Assembly: GCA_029258835.1 (NCBI GenBank)
Contig: JAPDJY010000009.1
Location: forward strand, 1 to 36,219
Length of the DNA stretch: 36,219 nucleotides
DNA from: Thermoproteota archaeon
Lineage (GTDB): Archaea; Asgardarchaeota; Jordiarchaeia; Jordiarchaeales; Freyrarchaeaceae
Direction of reading: 5' to 3'
Each line of letters opens with the position of its first letter. The first letter of the stretch is position 1. This document shows, in pieces, positions 30,209 through 36,219 of the stretch. The notes beneath the pieces were generated by a model. The model was given only the letters and a program-made list of their open reading frames with translations, had not been told where the DNA came from and ran no database searches. The position numbers were made by a program, and so were the translations under genes.

Positions 30209-30840
30209 CCTTCTAAAGCTAGCTTTTTCAACATGTTGTACCACATCTTCCAGTATTTTTCTCTGATAGCATTTATGTTGACATGTTGGTAGTTTATTGT
30301 TATAAAATTGCCTTTCTTTTCAGCTTTTTCTATTAAAGTCTTGATAGCAGTAGTATTAATCCCAAATCCCCTCGGATTAGTTTCACTTTTTGGTATCCAC
30401 CACATATCATCACCCATCTCCATTTTTAATTCTTCTAGATCATTTACCTCAAAAACATAAAGTGAGATCTTCATTTCCTTCCTATTTCCAGTCACATAGA
30501 GTATTGGATATTTAAACTTAAATTTTCGTGCTCTTTCTATTGATGGAAAACCATTCCATGCCACTTTTACAGTAGTAATGGTTTCTGTCGTCTTAAGACT
30601 ATACTTCTTTTCCTGTTCTCCGATCATTACAGAAAAGTCCCATTCTCGCTCCATAGGTGGTGCGGGCTTAACTTTTAACTTAAATTCTTCTTCTAACATA
30701 ACACGTATAACATGCTCTCTTCTTTTTCCAATATCTGGTGTACTTCCCTCAATATATAGTACTTCCCATATTCGTCCTAGTAAATCAAGAACCATTGGTT
30801 TCTTTTTCAGAAGTTGTATCAAGGGATCTATCTCCGTCAT
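30205..30840 (-). CDS. ThaI-family type II restriction endonuclease
   Basis: PDIGKRRE...EREWDF...YSLKT...VKVAW, a PD-(D/E)xK variant resembling ThaI; convergent with the methyltransferase (4 nt overlap). Confidence 0.72.
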   Translation of the reverse strand: MTEIDPLIQLLKKKPMVLDLLGRIWEVLYIEGSTPDIGKRREHVIRVMLEEEFKLKVKPAPPMEREWDFSVMIGEQEKKYSLKTTETITTVKVAWNGFPSIERARKFKFKYPILYVTGNRKEMKISLYVFEVNDLEELKMEMGDDMWWIPKSETNPRGFGINTTAIKTLIEKAEKKGNFITINYQHVNINAIREKYWKMWYNMLKKLALEG

Positions 30841-30901
30841 CGTAACACCTTACTAAATAAATTTGTTTTAATTGTTTTTTGAAACTTTCTACCACCATAC
30901 T

Positions 30902-31015
30902 TGCAACACCACAAATACAACACCCGAAAAGGCAACGGAACCATAAAAATCAACCTTAATTTTATCACTCTAAATGCAACACCCTACTTCCAACACCTAA
31001 CATTTCAACAGAACC
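30902..31015 (-). repeat. Two direct-repeat IS6-like ends, each GGTTCYGTTG-N8-GGTGTTG-N7-GGTGTTGCA (30942->30902 and 31015->30975)
   Basis: Read directly: identical box spacing in both copies, 73 bp apart, with unrelated spacer sequences. Confidence 0.75.
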
Positions 31016-31112
31016 ATTGATAGTAAAGGATAAAGAATAAAAAATTTAAGGTAAAGCTTAGTGAGTTTGAGGGTTAACGTCCATGTAGTACGGTTAGAGG
31101 AGGTGTTTCCTC

Positions 31113-31877
31113 TTGTGTGACCTGCTTGGTTTATGCTTTTCAAGGTTTTACATGGCATCGAGGTCTTTACCCTTGTTCGCCGGTGCCGGTATGCGTAGAG
31201 GGGATATGGATGGGTGGGGTATCGGGTTCTACTTTCCTGATGGAAGCGCCCATGTTGAAAAGTGCGCTGAGGAGGCTTGGACCAGTGAGAAGTACCATGT
31301 GCTCGCCCGCGTAGTTAAGAGCAACGTTTTCATAGCTCACCTGAGACTTGCCTCTAGAGGAAGCGTGTGCGACGAGTTCTGCCACCCATTTAAGCTGCAT
31401 TTCCGAGGAAGAGACTGGCTCTTCGCCCATAACGGGGATTGCTCCGCGATAGTCAACTATAGAACTTCAGGTGAGAGAATACCTGGCGTTGAGGGGCAGG
31501 ACTCTCCCAGGATCTTCGAATTCCTCAGAGACCATATTTTAAGGTACTTGCAGCGGAATCGTAGGGGAAGCCTCATTGGAGCCGTCAAATGGGCTACGGA
31601 GAAACTATTCGAAGAATACCCTAATGGAACGTTTAACTTCCTGCTCACCAATGGAGACGTGCTATTCGCCCATGTAGACCGGAGGCACCCGTTAAACAAT
31701 AACTTATATGTCCTTAGAAGGGAGAAAGAGGATGAACTGGCGATTTTAGTAACCACCATAAACGGTTTAACAAGGGAAGCATGGACGAAATTCTTTCCGA
31801 TAAGAGGAAGAGGGAAACTGTTGGTGATGTCTGAGGGGGAACTGCTCTACAATATAGAGACGCAAACCTTTAGCTAA
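31113..31877 (+). CDS. Class II glutamine amidotransferase (YafJ/EgtC-like Ntn hydrolase)
   Basis: N-terminal MC, DGWGIG, IAHLRLAS, CHPF, FAHNG; GAGGAGGTG RBS. Confidence 0.88.
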   Translation: MCDLLGLCFSRFYMASRSLPLFAGAGMRRGDMDGWGIGFYFPDGSAHVEKCAEEAWTSEKYHVLARVVKSNVFIAHLRLASRGSVCDEFCHPFKLHFRGRDWLFAHNGDCSAIVNYRTSGERIPGVEGQDSPRIFEFLRDHILRYLQRNRRGSLIGAVKWATEKLFEEYPNGTFNFLLTNGDVLFAHVDRRHPLNNNLYVLRREKEDELAILVTTINGLTREAWTKFFPIRGRGKLLVMSEGELLYNIETQTFS

Positions 31878-32648
31878 TCCCTTTACCTCTCGTATTACTC
31901 CACTGTTTTCTGACCACGCTTTTAACTTCATCCAGTAGGGATAAAAGCTCGTTAAATGTCCCTTTGCCTCCAAGCTTCTCCCACATTTCCTCGCCTACGA
32001 GAACTTCCTCGTCGAAGTCAAATATTTGAAAGACAAAGGGATGAGCGTACTTTTGCCTGAAAACAAACGGGTTGTATGGGAATCCAATGAAAGCTTGGGC
32101 CTTTTCCCCCTCAAAGAATGCTCTAAAGTATAACATTTTCTTTTTTGTTTCAGCACAAACGTCTAAGTTTGGCCTAGGAGACTTAATTTCCATGAACAGA
32201 GGGCCTTCTTCATGATCTTCTATGAAGACATCAGCTATTATCGTCCTTTCAATCTCTTTTCCTCCCTTAACACTTTCTATCTCGCTAAGTTCCCTTTTAA
32301 TATTCGGCCTCCGCATACCCTGCCTCAGCTCGGTTACAATTTTCTCGATCATGTTGGCTTTCTCCTCGAGAATAACACCTTTTATTTCATAGTTAATGTG
32401 AACTTTACTGTAGCGGTCACATGCTATGATCTTAGCGACCTTGGGGTAGAGTTGCATGCCTAACCTTGTAACTATGCTCCTTTGCAACTTAAACGCAAAC
32501 AATGCATCGTCCGAAAAGAAAAGTGAATGAAATGGGAATGCCTTTGTAAATCATTAAGAGAGTACTCTACCTTCTTTTCACTTATTACCCTAGCAAAGTC
32601 GAGTATTTCTGCAATTATCGCCTTTTTTGTTTCCTCTTTCAAAACCAT
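31870..32648 (-). CDS. TdeIII-family type II restriction endonuclease, frameshifted at about 32543-32545
   Basis: ATG 32648 reads MVLKEETKKAII. One extra A gives DLQKAFPFHSLFFSDDALFAFKLQRSIVTRLG. Also IADVFI..EIKSPRPNLD and FPYNPF. Confidence 0.8.
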
Positions 32649-35105
32649 TCCTCCTCGAGAAAAGCAAAAGCTTCCGGTACATGTCCTTCGTTAAGTATTA
32701 CATTTTTACCTTTAATGGCAATCCTTCCTCTCTCTTTTAGCCTATACATTGATGTTCCATAGAAGTCGCATATTCTTTTTGCCAAATTTAAGCTTAGCTT
32801 TCTAAACGTCTTGGAGGCAACTTTCAGCAGCAACATTACTTTCTCATTCTTCTCCATTTTACTGATTTCTTCGATGGGATCTTTTTTATTTCTCTTTTTT
32901 GCCTCTATTCTTAAGAATGAAAGCAATCCTAGCACTATTCCTTTAGGTATTATTTCTCTTTCAAACACCGTTTCCTTGTTGTTAGCGTTTACGACCGTCA
33001 TTCTAGCTGTTGCGGCAACGGTAAGTGTTAGAGCCCTCTCAGAGTAGCTTATTTTTTCGGATGGAAAAATCTTCGCATTATTTAAAAACCTATAGACTCT
33101 TGAGCAAAAAGCGAAAATGTCCTTACTGAGGTCTCTTACCGGCTCTACATGCTTAGCGGCTACAAGGACGATCGTTCTGTTAAGCTTTGGCTCTCCATGC
33201 ATTGTTACACTTCGAGTAGGATGTTCCGATACGAAAGGGTAAGTCCAATAACTTTAAAGTTAGAGACATATACTGCATGTAGTATTGCTTCCCAAGCACT
33301 CCAAGATTTATGGGTAAACCATAATACAAGTTTACCATCTCTTTTTAAGGCAGAATAAGTATTACTAAGAAAAACCGTGAGGTTTCTCCTATATTTTTCG
33401 ATTTCCTTTTTTCCTCCTCCACGTCTAACTATCAACTCCTCGCTTCTTGGTACATAAGGTAGCGCTGGATTCCATCCAAGATGCTTCCACCCTTCGATTC
33501 CTCCGACTTTCTCTGTGAAAAGATACCTTCCAAAGTTGTTTTTTAGGCACCTCCTTAAGGTAACCCAGAAAAATTCGCTGAAATCACTGTAGATATGTTG
33601 ATCAAAGTATGGTGGGTCAACATTTACTACGTCTATAAACTCCGACCCTAACATATGTATTTTTTTAGCATCAAACTGGAAAACGTTCACTTCAGTTTTG
33701 ACTGCTCTCATCTGCTTACATAATTCATGTAATATGGGGCATATCCCTCCTCCAGTACTCTTCTCTTCCACACCCGGCTCAAACGCCCATAAAAGGTTCT
33801 TATAAGGGACCACCGCTTCACAGTAGCTAATATTTACTCCAACTTTACGGGACCTTGCATATTGACCGATTGTATCTCTTATACTTTTATTTGAAAAATT
33901 CCACGTAGTAAGTATCGTATTAAAATCCACCATTTTGCTTAAACCAAACCCTAAGTAAGTGTGATGGCTGCGCCAAGCTCTCCTTCCCTTAAGATAAGCT
34001 CTTCTCCTCGCTCTGCAACGTATCTAGTTAAAAATCCGAGAGCCAACAATTGTCGTGGGTTAAAAATATGATGCCACAACTTTAACCCGCAAGATGTTAT
34101 AGGACAGAAAACATCATTCATCAACGGTATTTCGTCTAATGGAAGGAATTCTTTTAACTCTGATGAATGCCCTGCCAAGGCAGAGCACGCCCTTATGAAA
34201 AGCTTTTCGTCTTTTCTTTCTGCAGGTTGGTATGAACCATCATCCTTCTTTAACGCTAAAATCGGATGTACATCTAAAAGATGTTCTGGGCTTACTTCGC
34301 CTCCTGAAAGGAGAGCTGAGAGAAGTTCAACATGCCTTTTACCCCATTCTGATAAGAGTTTACGCTCATCCACCATAAATTTAACACCGCAACGGCTGCA
34401 CAAGACCTTAATTGTTCCCTTCTCTTTTTTAACGATCACCGCTAAGTCCCCTAGAAAGCTGAAGTCTACAGGCGAGAGAGATAACCTTCTACCACACGTT
34501 GGGCAGGTTACATGTTTGGTAAATATGTAAGCGTCATCACCTATCCCATAAAAGTTTCCCAATATGTTTTGGGCATATTTTATAAGTTTTCTTGCCTCTT
34601 CTTCAACCATTTCTCCCAACTTTTCCTTAAATTTTAAAGGGTAGTCAATGGCTCCTTTTAAAATCAGGTAGGCAACTGGATTATAGTCGAAAGCTATTGT
34701 CTTTAAACCTAAAAGAGTACTTTCTAAGGGAATAGATCCTCCTCCAGCCATTGGGTCACATAAGACAGCGTCTAAACCTAGTTGTTTAGGGTTCATGAAC
34801 GACATTAAAGGAGGATAGCCTTTACTAGGCAGTGTACGCAGTTCATTCACGTCAAAGAGGCTTACTACTTCTGACGGGGAAATAATGTTATTAAATGCTA
34901 GCAATATGCTAAGTCTGGATGCTGACCTGGGGCGTCTTGCAATCCAAGGATGGAGACTCCTAAGTTTAGGGTCGTAAAACGTTTTTAGCGGCTCAACCGA
35001 TAGCTCTTTACATCTGACAATGTAAGACGACCTGGGCTTATAACTCATCTCTAAGGCAGCATCCCTGTTAACTTCATTGAAGATTCTAAGAATTTCTTCT
35101 TCCAT
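32639..35105 (-). CDS. DUF1156-family adenine DNA methyltransferase with Zn ribbon (about 820 aa), split by two one-base frameshifts (about 33957 and 33241)
   Basis: LHPWIARRP, DPMAGGGSIPLE, CPTCG/CSRCG, FNPRQLL, VDPPY. Adding one T at each junction gives GAAITLYLGFGLSKMVDFN and GLYPFVSEHPTRSVTMHGEPK. Confidence 0.82.
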
Positions 35106-35762
35106 TAACACCCCTCTCTGAGAGGAAACCCTATATGAAGTTAAGTTTAAAAACCCTTATATTATCCCCTATTCTGCAAGTAAACTAGCCTTTACACCCT
35201 TTTTAGGCTTTCTTTAATGTTCGGCCTTCACAAGATCTGCCCGACCACCATACTTTTTAAATTTCCCCTCATTGGTTCAGAGCAAGAGCAGAAGCAAGAT
35301 CAGCGGCCTATCACCTTACAGCTTCTCCATAGATTTTGGCCAGCCCTCCGCTTCTTATGACTGGAAATCTTTCATCCCAATTTAACTTGCATATCCATGT
35401 TTTCTACATTAATCTTGTGGCGTTCAAAATATGCTCCGGAAATCACGGTGCTGAATTGCTCTAATAGCCCGGATTTAGCCTTTGCTTACGTCGAAGCCGT
35501 CAACCTTAGAAGGCTCTGGTATACTGGCTGTCATCTCCTGAAGAAGGGGCTTTAAGGCTTTGGCAGTTGGCGTGGCTGAAGGATGCGCGCTTGGACATCG
35601 GTAAGTGCTGTGCCAGTTACACCCTCCTGTTTCATCCGGTGGAGTTGCTCTTCCCCTTTAAAGCACCGTATAAGGTAGATTACGGTGAAATGGTCTTAGC
35701 CATCCTAACTTAGGAGAAAGATTTTATTTTTTGCGTAGTAACTTTATATAGAGGTGTTAACG

Positions 35763-36219
35763 TTGAAAGTAGCCGTGCTTGGATGCGGAACTGTGGGGAG
35801 TACTGCTGTTAAGACTCTAGATGCAAGCAACTTCTTCGACGAAATAACTATAGGTGACGTTAACGTCAAGGCTGCGGAAAAAGTTGCCTCGACATGTAAG
35901 GGGAACGTTAAAACAGTTAGGGTTGACGCTGATAAGCCTAAAAGCCTTGGATCCGTCATGAAGGGATCAGACGTCGTACTGAACTGCATAGGCCCGTTCT
36001 ATAAGTATGGTCCGAAGATTCTGAGTGTAGCAATAAGTGAGGGGGTAAATTACGTTGATGTCTGCGACGATCTGGATGCAACTCAAGCACAGCTTGAGTT
36101 AAGCGGGGAGGCTGAAAGGGCGGGTGTTACAGCCCTGATAGGTATGGGTAGTTCCCCTGGGCTGGCTAACGTAATCGCCAAGTTCTGCGCTGAGAGCCTT
36201 CTTGACGTGGCCGAGTCCG
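35763..36219 (+). CDS. Saccharopine dehydrogenase-like NAD(P)-dependent oxidoreductase, 3'-truncated by the window edge
   Basis: TTG 35763 after GAGGTG. Reads KVAVLGCGTVG...VLNCIGPFYKYG...NYVDVCDD...GMGSSPGLAN. Confidence 0.88.
   Translation, partial: MKVAVLGCGTVGSTAVKTLDASNFFDEITIGDVNVKAAEKVASTCKGNVKTVRVDADKPKSLGSVMKGSDVVLNCIGPFYKYGPKILSVAISEGVNYVDVCDDLDATQAQLELSGEAERAGVTALIGMGSSPGLANVIAKFCAESLLDVAES

Larger units (their letters stand above)
28720..31015. mobile_element. Decayed IS6-family cargo element (transposase remnant, AbrB, methyltransferase, ThaI-like endonuclease, terminal repeats)
   Basis: Transposase remnant plus GGTTCTGTTG end at 31015 (minus strand), similar to the IS257/IS26-type terminus. 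Uniformly AT-rich; the other end was not found. Confidence 0.6.

Noticed and set aside
30205-32648. Assigning CGCG and GGNCC specificities from the ThaI and TdeIII family names
   Set aside because: Family resemblance is motif-level only, and both sites occur in the window; specificity needs experiment.
1-36219. Genome-wide stop-codon reassignment (TAG or TGA) suggested by two in-frame stops
   Set aside because: TAG and TGA both end many well-conserved genes at the expected positions (ilvD, etfA, ilvB, vapC), and only one internal case of each is seen.
1-36219. CRISPR array, tRNA or rRNA genes
   Set aside because: No regularly spaced repeat-spacer units or recognisable structural RNA sequences were found by eye. 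The 30902-31015 repeats have 7-8 bp spacers, too short for CRISPR.

Overview
Archaeal chromosomal window, probably from a thermophile. It shows GGTGA/GAGG ribosome-binding sites, TATA-box promoters, trpB2/trpY, MNT-HEPN and VapBC pairs; the lineage cannot be fixed from this window. Region 1-26.6 kb is GC-richer housekeeping and catabolic DNA: an amidinotransferase-family gene, trpB2 divergent from trpY with a TGTACA-N4-TGTACA operator, MNT-HEPN, a cimA-ilvB-ilvN-ilvC-ilvD operon, and an acyl-CoA catabolism cluster. That cluster has 3 acyl-CoA dehydrogenases, ETF, 3-hydroxyacyl-CoA dehydrogenase, a nitronate monooxygenase/FabK-like enzyme, an LLM oxidoreductase and a Cys-less thiolase-like protein with DUF35 partner. 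VapBC and a decayed glycoside hydrolase are interspersed. Region 26.6-35.1 kb is a mostly AT-rich defence island with three modules. (1) An SPPY-type DNA methyltransferase sits head-to-head with a divergent EndoIII/HhH-GPD [4Fe-4S] DNA glycosylase split by one TGA; this candidate base-excision restriction-modification system is the top finding. (2) A decayed IS6-family element, not shown in the ORF track, carries an AbrB regulator, a methyltransferase and a ThaI-family endonuclease, and ends in two tandem three-box IS6-type termini. (3) A DUF1156 adenine methyltransferase is coupled to a TdeIII-family endonuclease. A partial saccharopine-dehydrogenase-like gene ends the window. Caveat: five genes/sites are broken by apparent single-base losses in short homopolymers, so some disruptions may be sequencing errors.
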